Positions 1 through 11,728 of a DNA stretch of 64,000 bases are shown here, one piece after another. Under the pieces are notes generated by a model. That model had not been told where the DNA came from. It ran no database searches and saw only the letters and a program-made list of their open reading frames with translations. The stretch's first letter is position 1, and each line of letters starts with the position of its first letter. Location of the stretch: the NCBI GenBank assembly GCA_943787795.1, contig CALSNU010000001.1:832001-896000 (forward strand), read 5' to 3'. The position numbers and the translations under genes are program-made. The stretch comes from an uncultured bacterium (lineage in GTDB: Bacteria > Planctomycetota > UBA1135 > GCA-002686595).

Positions 1-489
1 CCCCTCCTGCTCGATGGGGTTCTGGGTGGCGAGCACGAAGAACGGTTCCGGCAGCTCGTGGGTGGTGCCACCGGAGGTCACGTGGCGCTCCTGCATCGCC
101 TCGAGCAGAGCCGCCTGGGTCTTGGGCGGCGTCCGGTTGATCTCGTCCGCGAGGATGACGCTCGCGAAGAGCGGGCCAGCCTCGAAGCGGAAGGACCGCG
201 CGCTGGTCTCCGGGTCGATGTGAAGCAGCTCCGTCCCGGTGATGTCCGACGGCATCAGGTCCGGGGTGAACTGAATGCGGTTGAACGACAGGTCCATCGT
301 CTTGGCCAGGCTCGAGATCATGAGCGTCTTGGCGAGGCCCGGGACGCCCACGAGGAGGCAGTGACCGCGGGTCAGGATGGCGAGCAGGAGCTCGTCGAGG
401 ACGTCTTCCTGACCGACAATCACGCGCTGGAGCTCGCCCTTCATGGACGAGTGGACCGTTCGGAGGCGTTCGAGCTTGGATTCGAGCAT
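1..489 (-). CDS. moxR: MoxR-family AAA+ ATPase, truncated by the window edge
   Basis: Manual minus-strand translation from ATG 489: [27 protein letters not shown]...[11 protein letters not shown] (Walker A)...[15 protein letters not shown]...[23 protein letters not shown]...[14 protein letters not shown]. Absent from the ORF track because it runs off the edge. Confidence 0.93.
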   Translation of the reverse strand, partial: MLESKLERLRTVHSSMKGELQRVIVGQEDVLDELLLAILTRGHCLLVGVPGLAKTLMISSLAKTMDLSFNRIQFTPDLMPSDITGTELLHIDPETSARSFRFEAGPLFASVILADEINRTPPKTQAALLEAMQERHVTSGGTTHELPEPFFVLATQNPIEQEG

Positions 490-820
490 GCTGGGGAGTC
501 GTCCCGGGGTTCGGATCGGATTCGAGGAGTACGGGATACGGAGGACGACGCCTGGAGTGGGCGCAGCCTCCGGATGAGGCCTCCGGGTGAGGCCAGTGGA
601 GAGAGCGAGTCATCTAGCCCGCCCGCTGGCCTGGGCCTACAGCGGATCGCTGAGCACAGGTCGAGCGCCAGCAGGGAGCCGGTCATCGACCCTTAACTTA
701 GCCCGGCGCGAGCGTTACCCCGAACCGCGACCGGAGCTTTACAGGCGCGGAGGCTCGTATCTGAAGTCACTCCGGCCGCCGATGAGCCGGGTCAGCGGCC
801 AGCCGGCGGTCCGAGCGGGG

Positions 821-3166
821 TCACTCCCGACCCCAGATCCACACCGTGTCGCGGCCGATGACGTGCACGTGGCCTCCGTGGAGCACCACGTCGCCTCCGC
901 GGCCGGCTCCGAGGCTCGGGATCGACGCAGCGGCGACCAGTCGCAGCTCGGCGGCGAGGCCCAGGATCCCGACCTCACGAGTTCCCGCGAAGATGAGGCC
1001 CCCGGAGCCCACGGCCGGGCGACCTGCGAAGCCCTCATCGGGGGCGAGAAAGGTCGCCGGATGGCGTGTTCCAAGGGCATCCTCCACGAGGACCGCGTTG
1101 AATCGCCCGTCCCGCCCAAGGAGCACGAGCCGGGAAGGCTGGCCGGCCGACCCCGGGTCCACGGCCGCCAGGTCGATCGCGCCGCGCCGCGCCCGCGGGG
1201 GCTCCCTGAAGAGGCTCCCATCCAGAGGGGCGGGGCCTGTGGGCAGGGCGTAGGCGAACTCGGAATCGAAGGGGGTCGCCCAGGCGGTGTCCCCGACCAC
1301 CAGCACCGGCCTTGACCCTGGCCAGCCTCTGTCTGAGGCACTGCGGCGCTGGGTGCGAATGGCCCACGCGAGCCGGCCGTCCGCGACGTCGTAGGCGCTG
1401 ACCAGGCCGACGTTGGTGCCCACCAGCAGGTGTCCGGTGGAGCGGTCGATGTTCAGCGGCATGGTCGTGGTCGCGAAGTAGCCCGCGCGCCCGCGCATGG
1501 CCGGGTCGATCAACCCGCGCTCCGTGGTCACCTCCCGCGACCAGCGCAGATCGCCCGAGTCCAGGTCGATGTTGATCAACCGGACCTCGTCGGCGTGGTC
1601 GGAGCCTTCGTGGGTGGGGTCGCCCATCCCGCGTGCCAGGACAAAGACGGACCCGTCGACGATCAGCGGGCCGGGCTGGAACTCCCAGCCGCGGCCGAAG
1701 TCCCAGCCGGCCACCAGCCGCCTCTTCCCGCCGACGAGCGAGATTCCGGGCTGGTCGGCGGGGTCCGGCTTGCGGGTCGGGTTGCGGACCTGATACCCGT
1801 CGCGGAGGACCCAGGTCGGATCCAGGGCCTGCTCCTGTCGCGCATACTCGAGCACGCCGAGCGTGTTCCCCGCCGGCGGAACTTCGATGTCTTGCAACGG
1901 TCGCCGCCGTGTTCCTCGACCGAAGACCAGCGCGGCGTGCTCGCCGTCGCACGCGGGGTAGGACTTCCAACCCCCAGCGGATGCGGAGGCTCGGACAATG
2001 GGCCGGTCCGCTCCGAACAGCACGTCCGGCCTCTCCCGCACCTGGACCTTCCACCCGTCGTTCACCTCGGCGGCCAGCAGGACGCCGTAGGCGCCCTGGA
2101 CAAGGAGGCTCCCGTCGCGGAACACCGCGACTCCCGAGCCGAGGCCGCGACCGAGGGGCTCATCCGGGGTCCTCGAGATCCCGGAGATCCGGTAGCTCCC
2201 CTCGAGTCGGAGGACCGGGGGATCCGCGGAGGTGGGCCGTGGGCCGGGGAGCGCCGCTTGCGGGCGGCTGTGGTCGCCGACAAACCCGGTTGCGCTCTGA
2301 CCGCGGACTTCGGCTCGGCGGCGTGCCACGGCGGAGCGTGAGGCCGCGGCCCACTCGTTGCCCCACGCTGCTGCGCCCAGGTCCACGTGTTGCTCTGCGC
2401 GAGTCGTCCACACGGTGGCCTTGAAAGGGAGGCCCTCCTCGAGCATGAGGTCGGCCATCGCGAGGGCGGCGCGGCAGGCCGCGACGGTCGCGGGGTAGGT
2501 CCGCTCGACCTGGCCGAGGCCCTCCTGAGAGACGGCCTCCTGCTGCAACTCGCGGCGAAGGGCGGCCTCTGCGCTGGCGGCGAAGCGCTCGACCCAGGCG
2601 GTACGGGCCTCGTCGGGAATGGCCGCGAGTCGGCGCTGGACGGCGACAGCTGCGTCCTCGGAGCGGCGGGCGTGGGTCCCGTCGGGGTCGGGCAGCCATG
2701 GCCTGCGAGCGTCCGGATCGGTGAGGAGCCGGAGGCCGTCCCCGGACGTCGAGAGGACGAGCGCGTTGCGCCAGCTGTCGAAGGCACGAACCCGTGCCGA
2801 GTCTCTATCGGCTTCGCCCGTGACCAGTGAGGCGTCCCAGGCGTCGTCTCCAACGCGCAGGGCTGCGCTCGCGATCTGCTGGTCGGGGAGCGGGCTGCTG
2901 TTTCGCAGCGGGCCCTCATCAGCGATCGGCGCTGGCTGCGGGGGCCGAGGCGCGACGGGTGCAGCCGTGGAGACGGACGGGCCCGCTGTAGCGGTCGCCG
3001 CGTGGAGAGCCGCTGCGTGTACGGCGAGCAACCCAGCCGAAGGACCAGTTGGAGAACCAGTTGGAAGACCAGCGGGAGACGCCGCCGGGAATGCCGCCAG
3101 GGGGAGCCCCGGGGCGATCACGGCGACCAGCGTCAACCGGGCCCATGTTCTGCGCGGGACACCCAT
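821..3166 (-). CDS. Secreted protein with C-terminal PQQ-like/BamB-type beta-propeller; start uncertain
   Basis: 869-aa ORF with propeller-type motifs (IDLDSGDLRWSR, AYDVADGRLAWA). Signal-like N-terminus from ATG 3166. Lies upstream of moxR on the same strand. Confidence 0.6.
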   Translation of the reverse strand: MGVPRRTWARLTLVAVIAPGLPLAAFPAASPAGLPTGSPTGPSAGLLAVHAAALHAATATAGPSVSTAAPVAPRPPQPAPIADEGPLRNSSPLPDQQIASAALRVGDDAWDASLVTGEADRDSARVRAFDSWRNALVLSTSGDGLRLLTDPDARRPWLPDPDGTHARRSEDAAVAVQRRLAAIPDEARTAWVERFAASAEAALRRELQQEAVSQEGLGQVERTYPATVAACRAALAMADLMLEEGLPFKATVWTTRAEQHVDLGAAAWGNEWAAASRSAVARRRAEVRGQSATGFVGDHSRPQAALPGPRPTSADPPVLRLEGSYRISGISRTPDEPLGRGLGSGVAVFRDGSLLVQGAYGVLLAAEVNDGWKVQVRERPDVLFGADRPIVRASASAGGWKSYPACDGEHAALVFGRGTRRRPLQDIEVPPAGNTLGVLEYARQEQALDPTWVLRDGYQVRNPTRKPDPADQPGISLVGGKRRLVAGWDFGRGWEFQPGPLIVDGSVFVLARGMGDPTHEGSDHADEVRLINIDLDSGDLRWSREVTTERGLIDPAMRGRAGYFATTTMPLNIDRSTGHLLVGTNVGLVSAYDVADGRLAWAIRTQRRSASDRGWPGSRPVLVVGDTAWATPFDSEFAYALPTGPAPLDGSLFREPPRARRGAIDLAAVDPGSAGQPSRLVLLGRDGRFNAVLVEDALGTRHPATFLAPDEGFAGRPAVGSGGLIFAGTREVGILGLAAELRLVAAASIPSLGAGRGGDVVLHGGHVHVIGRDTVWIWGRE

Positions 3167-3350
3167 GCGGGAAGACGATGCCACGAAGTGCTCTCGGTGG
3201 CGAGTCCAGGCTGCCATCCTGAGCGGCGTCGCTCCGCGGGGCGGTTCCTTGGGTGAGCTCCGTGGGGAACCCTGTGGGGAGATTCCTTCGAGAGCATCCT
3301 CCCGGGGCAACGCCGTCCCCGCTCGTGCCCCCGCAATGGGCCAGGCCGGA

Positions 3351-3665
3351 TCAGCGCCCCTCGGTCTCGTTGCTCTCCCCTGGCTTGGTGCCGTCGGCGC
3401 GGCGTCGGCGCTCGTGGTAGACCGGGTCATCCCAGGCGCGATACTCCGCTGACATCACCTCGAACTCCTGGGTCGTCTCGTCGTGCCGCTCTTCGACGGC
3501 TGGCCTCACGTCCTCGAGGCGTCGCTGCTCGGCGAGGGCCGGGCGGAGCCCGCCCACCGAGATCTGCCAGAAGAGGAGGGCGGGGACCCACACAGGAGAC
3601 CAGCCGATCACGGTCCTCAGGACGCGGATCGGCAGCAGGGCAGGGACGGGGCGAACGATGGCCAT
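3351..3665 (-). CDS. Small bitopic coiled-coil protein, FtsB/DivIC (septum formation initiator)-like
   Basis: Hydrophobic segment, then a coiled-coil-like stretch, then DDPVYHERRRR resembling the DivIC D-P-x-Y-I-E-x-x-A-R motif. Lies downstream of eno. Confidence 0.5.
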   Translation of the reverse strand: MAIVRPVPALLPIRVLRTVIGWSPVWVPALLFWQISVGGLRPALAEQRRLEDVRPAVEERHDETTQEFEVMSAEYRAWDDPVYHERRRRADGTKPGESNETEGR

Positions 3666-4004
3666 GGCGCCCAGCATGGAGAATGCCATGAGCCCATCTC
3701 AAGCAGAACGCCACCGCTCTCCGGGGACCCGCGCCCGAGTTGCGAGGATCGAGGCGGCCGCGTGCCGGCCAGGGGCGGGAGGGAGGCGTCCTGTCACCAG
3801 GCAGCGACGGCCCCGGTGGAACCGTCCACCGGGGCCGTCGCTGCCTGAAGGGCCACTCGAAGGGCCGCCCCCAAGCTCTGCGACCTCCACCTCAGCTGGG
3901 CTGATTCAAGGAGCGCCAGCCAGGAGGCCCCAGCGAGTCAGACCCTGCAAGTGGGACTCGGTGAGCCATCGAGGCCAACGGGACCCAGCCGGAGGCCTGT
4001 CCGC

Positions 4005-6209
<2,205 letters not shown>

Positions 6210-6222
6210 AGGCGCGATCGAG

Positions 6223-7605
6223 ATGGTGAGGTCGAGAATCACGGCAGCCATCGCCCTGGGTGCCAACGTCGGGGAGCCAGAGCGGACCTTCAAGCGAGCT
6301 CTGTCGCTACTCGAGCGTGACGGGGACGTTCAGATTCTTCGCCGCTCACACTGGCACGGCACCGACGCGGTGGGCGGTCCTGCGGCGCAGCCGAACTACA
6401 CCAACGGGGCGGTGCTGGTCGAGACGACCGTCGCTCCCGGGGCGCTGCTGGAGCGGCTGCACGGCATCGAGTCCCACCTCGGGCGGGATCGGGCGAGCGA
6501 GGAGCGGCGCGGGCCACGCGTGCTCGACCTCGATCTGCTGTACGCGTTGGACGAGCAGGGGGGCCTGATCACCGACCGGGGAGAGCAGCTGCAGCTGCCG
6601 CATCCTCGCATGGAGGAGCGACCGTTCGTCCTCGCGCCCCTGAAGGAGATCGCGCCAGAGCAGCGCCTGCCACGCTCGGGGCGGACCGTGTCCGACCAGC
6701 TCGCGTTCCTGGAGCAGAGCGGCGGCCTCGCGCGCCTCGACTCGCCCGCTGAGGCCAGAGCGTGGTGCGAGGCCGCGCGCGCCGCGGGGGCGACCATCGG
6801 GTTCGTGCCCACCATGGGAGCGCTCCACGACGGTCACCTTGAGCTGGTCCGGCGTGCCGCGATGGAGAACGACCTCGCCTGCGTCTCCGTCTTCGTCAAC
6901 CCGCTGCAGTTCAACGACCCCTCCGACCTCGAGAAGTACCCCCGCGACTTTGCGGGCGACGCGCGGCTGCTGGCCCAGGTGGGTTGCGCCATGGTCTTCA
7001 CGGGGAGCCTCGAGGGATTCTTCCCTGAGGAGCTCGTGGACGGGGAGCTACCGGCCGCGGCGAGGGTCCCCGCGGGCCCGGGCGCAGCGGGCCTCGAGGG
7101 CGACTTCCGCCCTGGGCACCTGGGCGGCGTCGCCACCATCGTGGACCGCCTCTTCGAGGTGGTCATGCCGACCCGGGCGTACTTCGGGGCGAAGGACTTC
7201 CAGCAGTGCCTGGTCGTGCAGCACGTGGCGGACCTGCGGGGCGGCCGCCCCGAGATCGTCCGTTGCCCGACCGTGCGGGAGCCGTCGGGGATCGCCATGG
7301 CCTCGAGAAATACCCTGCTCGAAGGCGAGGCTTGCGTGCAGGCGCTGGCCATCTCACGGGGGCTCCGCGCGGCGAAGGCGGCGTGGGAGGCCGGGGATCG
7401 TGACGCCGCTTCGCTGACGCGGCAGCTCCAGGAGGGCGTCGCGGCGCCCGGCGTCGATGTGGAGTACGCCGAGGTCCGCGACCCGGGCAACTGGACGCTC
7501 GAGGCACCGTGCGGAGCGCTCGAGCGGGCTGTGGGGCTCGTCGCTGCCAACGTCGGAGGCGTGCGGCTGATCGACAACATGGAGTTCGACGAGGGCCTTC
7601 GGTGA
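6223..7605 (+). CDS. folK-panC: Fused HPPK (FolK) / pantoate-beta-alanine ligase (PanC)
   Basis: N-terminal IALGANVG, NYTNG, RGPRVLDLDLL, LPHPRMEERPFVLAPL (FolK). C-terminal FVPTMGALHDGH, SVFVNPLQF, RPGHLGGV, YFGAKDFQQ, AMASRN, VRLIDN (PanC). One open frame. Confidence 0.9.
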   Translation: MVRSRITAAIALGANVGEPERTFKRALSLLERDGDVQILRRSHWHGTDAVGGPAAQPNYTNGAVLVETTVAPGALLERLHGIESHLGRDRASEERRGPRVLDLDLLYALDEQGGLITDRGEQLQLPHPRMEERPFVLAPLKEIAPEQRLPRSGRTVSDQLAFLEQSGGLARLDSPAEARAWCEAARAAGATIGFVPTMGALHDGHLELVRRAAMENDLACVSVFVNPLQFNDPSDLEKYPRDFAGDARLLAQVGCAMVFTGSLEGFFPEELVDGELPAAARVPAGPGAAGLEGDFRPGHLGGVATIVDRLFEVVMPTRAYFGAKDFQQCLVVQHVADLRGGRPEIVRCPTVREPSGIAMASRNTLLEGEACVQALAISRGLRAAKAAWEAGDRDAASLTRQLQEGVAAPGVDVEYAEVRDPGNWTLEAPCGALERAVGLVAANVGGVRLIDNMEFDEGLR

Positions 7606-8540
7606 GCATCAGCCTGCTCGCGAACGCCAAGATCAACCCGACCCTGCGTGTGCTGGGCCGAAGGGGGGATGGGTTCCACGAGGTCGTGACGACCATGTTG
7701 GCCCTGGACCTCGGTGACGTGGTGTCCGCCTCGACCTCCAACGTCGAGGGCGTCGAGGTCAGCATGTGCGGTGCGCTGGCCTCCCCAGACATCCCCACGG
7801 ACGCGACCAACCTCGCCGTGCGCGGCGCGCTGCTCGGTCGCGAGGCCGCGGGCTCCGAGTCAGGCCTCTCGCTGAGCGTCGTCAAGAACATCCCGAGCCG
7901 GGCGGGGCTCGGCGGCGGCAGCGCGGACGCCGCGGCCGCCGCGCGGGCGGTGGTGGTGGAGCTGGGCGCGGAGGACGCCTGCCTCGACGGCCGGCTGGGA
8001 GCGCTGGGCTCGGACTGCGCCTTCTTCCAGGGGGCGCGTCGCACCGGCGCAGCCTTGGCCCTCGGGCGGGGCGAGCAGGTCCTGCCGCTCGATGGACCGC
8101 GAGGCTGGTGGGTGGCGCTGCTGACTCCCGAGGTGGAGTGCTCCACACCAGCCGTCTACGGGGCCCTGGACGCCGGGCTGGCGAGCCCCGCGTCGGGCTG
8201 GCGCGTCGAGGCAGAGGCTCAGGCGCGGGAGCTCTTCGGGCTCCCCGCGCTGGAGGCGCGAGCCGCGCTGGCCAACGACCTCGAGCCCGCCGCGCGGGCG
8301 GCCGCGCCCGGGCTCCTGCCCTGGTTCGCGCTCCTCGAGTCCGAATCCGCGGCGCACTTCCGGCTCGCCGGCAGCGGCTCCAGCTTCTTCGGCCTCTTCG
8401 AGGACGAGGCCTCCGCGCAGGAGAGCCTTGAACGGCTCGAAGCCCGGGCGGGCGCCCAGGGGCTCGGCACCCGGCTCGCCTGCGTGGCCCGACCGGCGGG
8501 CTCGGCGCTCACCACGGTGACGGGGGTGGAGCGTGGCTGA
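7602..8540 (+). CDS. ispE: 4-diphosphocytidyl-2-C-methyl-D-erythritol kinase
   Basis: AKINPTL, KNIPSRAGLGGGSADAAA (GHMP motif), LGSDCAFF, LAGSGSS. GTG start overlaps the panC stop. Confidence 0.92.
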   Translation: MSISLLANAKINPTLRVLGRRGDGFHEVVTTMLALDLGDVVSASTSNVEGVEVSMCGALASPDIPTDATNLAVRGALLGREAAGSESGLSLSVVKNIPSRAGLGGGSADAAAAARAVVVELGAEDACLDGRLGALGSDCAFFQGARRTGAALALGRGEQVLPLDGPRGWWVALLTPEVECSTPAVYGALDAGLASPASGWRVEAEAQARELFGLPALEARAALANDLEPAARAAAPGLLPWFALLESESAAHFRLAGSGSSFFGLFEDEASAQESLERLEARAGAQGLGTRLACVARPAGSALTTVTGVERG

Positions 8541-9427
8541 GCCCCTTCGTGAGGTCGGGATCATCGGGCGTGAGATCGGGATCATCGGGGGCGGCCGGGT
8601 GGCTGCGGCCCTCGCCTCGAGTCTCGGGGAGCAGCTCGACGTGGCGCTCCACGCGCGACATCCCGAGCGCGTCCGACTCTCACCGCACGGGCCCTCCGTG
8701 CCCGTTGACGCGGACCTCGCCCTGGTGGCGTCGCGCGAGCTGATCATCATCGCGGTGAGCGACGACGCGATCCCCGAGGTGGCGCGCGCCCTCGCCGCGC
8801 AGCTGCGGAGCCAGCCGCGCCCGGCGCGGCCCGGAGGGCGGGGTCACGTGCGTGCTCCACACCAGCGGGGCGACCACCGGCGCGCGCTCCCTCGCGCCGC
8901 TCCTCGAGGTCCCCGGCGTGGAGGTGGGGTCGGTGCACCCGCTGCTCGCGGTGCCCTCCGCTGCGGCCCCGGGCTACTTCACCCTGGCCCCATTCGTCAT
9001 CGAGACCAGCGGGTCGGTGGCGGCCGAGCGAGCGCGGGCGCTGGTGGAGCAGCTTGAGGGAGAGCCCATCGAGCTCCCGGATTCGACCGAGGAGACCAAG
9101 GCTCGATACCACGCCCTGGCGACGATGGTGGCCACGGGGACCGTGACCCTGGTGGATCGGGCGGCCGACGCCCTCGGCGTCGACGCGGTCCAGCGCGCCG
9201 CGTTCCGGGACGCGTTCGGCCGGCTCGCCATGACGGCGGCGGTCAACGTCAGCCGTGGTCCGGGGCCGGAGGTCTTGACTGGACCCGTCGCCCGGGGCGA
9301 CGGCGCCACCCTGGAGCTCCACGACCGAGCGCTGGAGGGCCATCCGGTCGAAGGACTCCACGCCGCGGTCCGCCGCGCGGCGGAGGACATGGTCGATCGG
9401 GGACGTCAGGAGGAGGGGGGCGCGTGA
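8533..9427 (+). CDS. Rossmann-like + DUF2520 protein (PanG-type ketopantoate reductase candidate), +1 frameshift near 8830
   Basis: IGIIGGGRV and IIAVSDDAI in the first frame; LHTSGA, SVHPL, YHALA, LTGPVARGD in the second. Confidence 0.75.
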
Positions 9428-11007
9428 GCGCAGGCTCTCTCTCCCCAGGGCCGCTGGTCGTCTCGCTCCTGCCTCGATCCTTCGGGGCCCTGGGGCAGGC
9501 GCTCGAGGGGGGGGCGTGCTCCGGTGCCGATGTCGTGGAGCTGCGTCTGGATCACCTCGCCGGAGAGATCCGGCGTGAGCCGGGAGGGCTGCGGTCGCTC
9601 GTGGAGCGAGCCGGCAGGCCGGTCATCGCTGCCGTTCACGGGCGGGAGGGCTTTGGCGCCTTCGCCGGGGACATCGGTGAGCGGCGCGAGCTGCTCCATG
9701 CCGCGGCGTCCGCGGGCGTGTCCCGCGTGGACGTTGACGAGCGCTTCGTCCGGGAGATCGGGGAGCTCGGTGTGGCGAGGATCATCTCGACCCATCGAGC
9801 CGCAGAGACCGTGGCGGAGCTCGACGCCCTCGCGGCAAGACTCGACGCGCTGGCTGAACCCGGCCGCGACCTGGTGAAGGTGGCGCCTGCCGCGGGCACG
9901 GCGGCCCACGGCCTGCGGCTCCTCCGCTGGCTCGCCCAGCGTGACCCGGAGACGACCGTGGCCATCTCCACGGGCGCCGCGGGCTCATTCACGCGGCTCC
10001 TGGCCCCGGCCTTCGGTGGCGTGCTGACCTTCGCAGCCCCCGCGCCGGTGGAGGGCGTCGACCTCGTGCTCGCTGCCCCCGGGCAACTCCCGGTGGACCA
10101 CGTGCGCGCGGTCTGGGCAGGAGGTGCTCCGTCGACGGAGACCGACGTCGCCCTCGTCTGCGGTGATCCCATCGGCCATTCGGCCGGGCCGGTGGTCCAC
10201 GGTGCGGCGCTCGCTGCGACCGGCGTGGACGGCGTCCTCGCGCCGACCCTCGCCTCGCCTGTGGAGGCGCTAGGCCTTGGACCGCGGCTGGTCGGGCTCT
10301 CGGTGACCGCGCCCTACAAGGTCGACGCCATGGAGCTCGTCGGTGAGGCTTCGGCCGCGGCGCGCGCCATCGGAGCGCTGAACACGATCGAGGTGGGGGT
10401 CGGGAGAGCGGAGCGCGGATCCAACTCGGACGCTCCTGCCATCCGGGCGGCGCTCGAGGCGTCTGGTGTGGAGCTGCGGGGGGCGGCGGCGCTGGTGGTG
10501 GGCGCGGGAGGCGCCGCGCGCGCGGCGGTCCATGCGCTCCAAGAGGCCGGCGCCTCGGTCACGGTGGCAGCGCGCCGGGTCGAGGCCGCCGCCGAGCTCG
10601 CCGGGGATCGAGCCGTCTCGCTCGATGCTCTGGGGGACCTTGACGCCCTGGGAACCCCTGGCGGAGAGGCCCCCGCGGTCATCGTTCACGCGACGCCCCT
10701 TGGCTCCGCGGGCAGCGGCGAGGCGCCGGTGCCGCGAGCGCTGTTGACCCCGGGCGTCACCGTCTTGGACGCGGTCTATCGGCCCCGTCGAACCGGGCTG
10801 CTGCGCCTCGCTGCGTCGCTGGGCGCCGAGACGGTGGAGGGATCCGAGTGGTTCCTGCAGCAGGCCTGGCTTCAGCACCTCCGGATCTTCCGCCAGGGAT
10901 ACGCGGCGCGCTACGGAGCGGCCGGCCCCCCTGCCGCCGTGGCCACTGCCGCGGCGGCGGCCATGGGGAGCGCGCTGGACGCGTGGCTCGAGGGGGACGC
11001 TCGATGA
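9424..11007 (+). CDS. aroDE: Bifunctional type I 3-dehydroquinate dehydratase / shikimate dehydrogenase
   Basis: VELRLDHL, IISTH, LVKVA, APGQL (AroD); GDPIGHS, SVTAPYK, GALNT, GAGGAARA, HATPLG, DAVYRP (AroE). Confidence 0.88.
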   Translation: MSAGSLSPGPLVVSLLPRSFGALGQALEGGACSGADVVELRLDHLAGEIRREPGGLRSLVERAGRPVIAAVHGREGFGAFAGDIGERRELLHAAASAGVSRVDVDERFVREIGELGVARIISTHRAAETVAELDALAARLDALAEPGRDLVKVAPAAGTAAHGLRLLRWLAQRDPETTVAISTGAAGSFTRLLAPAFGGVLTFAAPAPVEGVDLVLAAPGQLPVDHVRAVWAGGAPSTETDVALVCGDPIGHSAGPVVHGAALAATGVDGVLAPTLASPVEALGLGPRLVGLSVTAPYKVDAMELVGEASAAARAIGALNTIEVGVGRAERGSNSDAPAIRAALEASGVELRGAAALVVGAGGAARAAVHALQEAGASVTVAARRVEAAAELAGDRAVSLDALGDLDALGTPGGEAPAVIVHATPLGSAGSGEAPVPRALLTPGVTVLDAVYRPRRTGLLRLAASLGAETVEGSEWFLQQAWLQHLRIFRQGYAARYGAAGPPAAVATAAAAAMGSALDAWLEGDAR

Positions 11008-11543
11008 CCACCTCCGGCCGTCGCTCGGTGGTCCTCGCGCTGGTGGGTCTTCGCTGCTCTGGCAAGACGACGGTGGGCCGAGCCCTGGCGGAGCGGACCG
11101 GCGCTGACTTCGTGGATCTGGACCAGGTGGTGGCGTCACGGACGGGCCTCAGGTCGGCGGGGGAGGTCATCGAGGCCTGTGGTCTCGAGCGCTTTCGGGA
11201 CCTCGAGGAGCAGGCCCTGAATGACGTCCTGGCGTCGGCGGCGCGCCCGCTGGTCCTCTCCACCGGTGGAGGTGTGGTGGTGCGTGCGGCGTCAAGGGAG
11301 CGCCTCGGGCAGGGGGCCACCGTCGCCTGGCTGCGTGCGCCGCTCGCTCTGCTCCGCCAACGGATGGCCGCCGACCATGGGACCTCCCGGCCCAGAATCA
11401 CGGCCGGAGATGAAGACGAGTTCATCTCGCTCGAGCGCGAGCGTGCCCCGCTGCTCGAGGCCCTCGCTGACGAGGTCGTCGAGGTTGAAGGACGGGACAC
11501 CCGTGAGCTGGCGGCCCATCTCGACGGCCTCTGGCGCGGGTGA
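11004..11543 (+). CDS. aroK: Shikimate kinase
   Basis: LVGLRCSGKTTVGRALA, FVDLD, FRDLEEQAL, VLSTGGGVV. ATGA overlap with aroDE. Confidence 0.9.
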   Translation: MTTSGRRSVVLALVGLRCSGKTTVGRALAERTGADFVDLDQVVASRTGLRSAGEVIEACGLERFRDLEEQALNDVLASAARPLVLSTGGGVVVRAASRERLGQGATVAWLRAPLALLRQRMAADHGTSRPRITAGDEDEFISLERERAPLLEALADEVVEVEGRDTRELAAHLDGLWRG

Positions 11544-11728
11544 ACGGAGCCTCTGGCGCGGGTGAGCGGGGACGCGGTCTCGGGTGACCTGGGATGGGGC
11601 GAGGGCTCCGAGTCGAGGCCGCTGGGCGGTGGATCGGCGCAAGCTCGGGCGGGCGTCCGCTCGATAAGGCCCGGGGAGAGCGCACGCGCCGCTGGGATTG
11701 GCGGTCTGTGGTGCTACATTGAGGGCAG

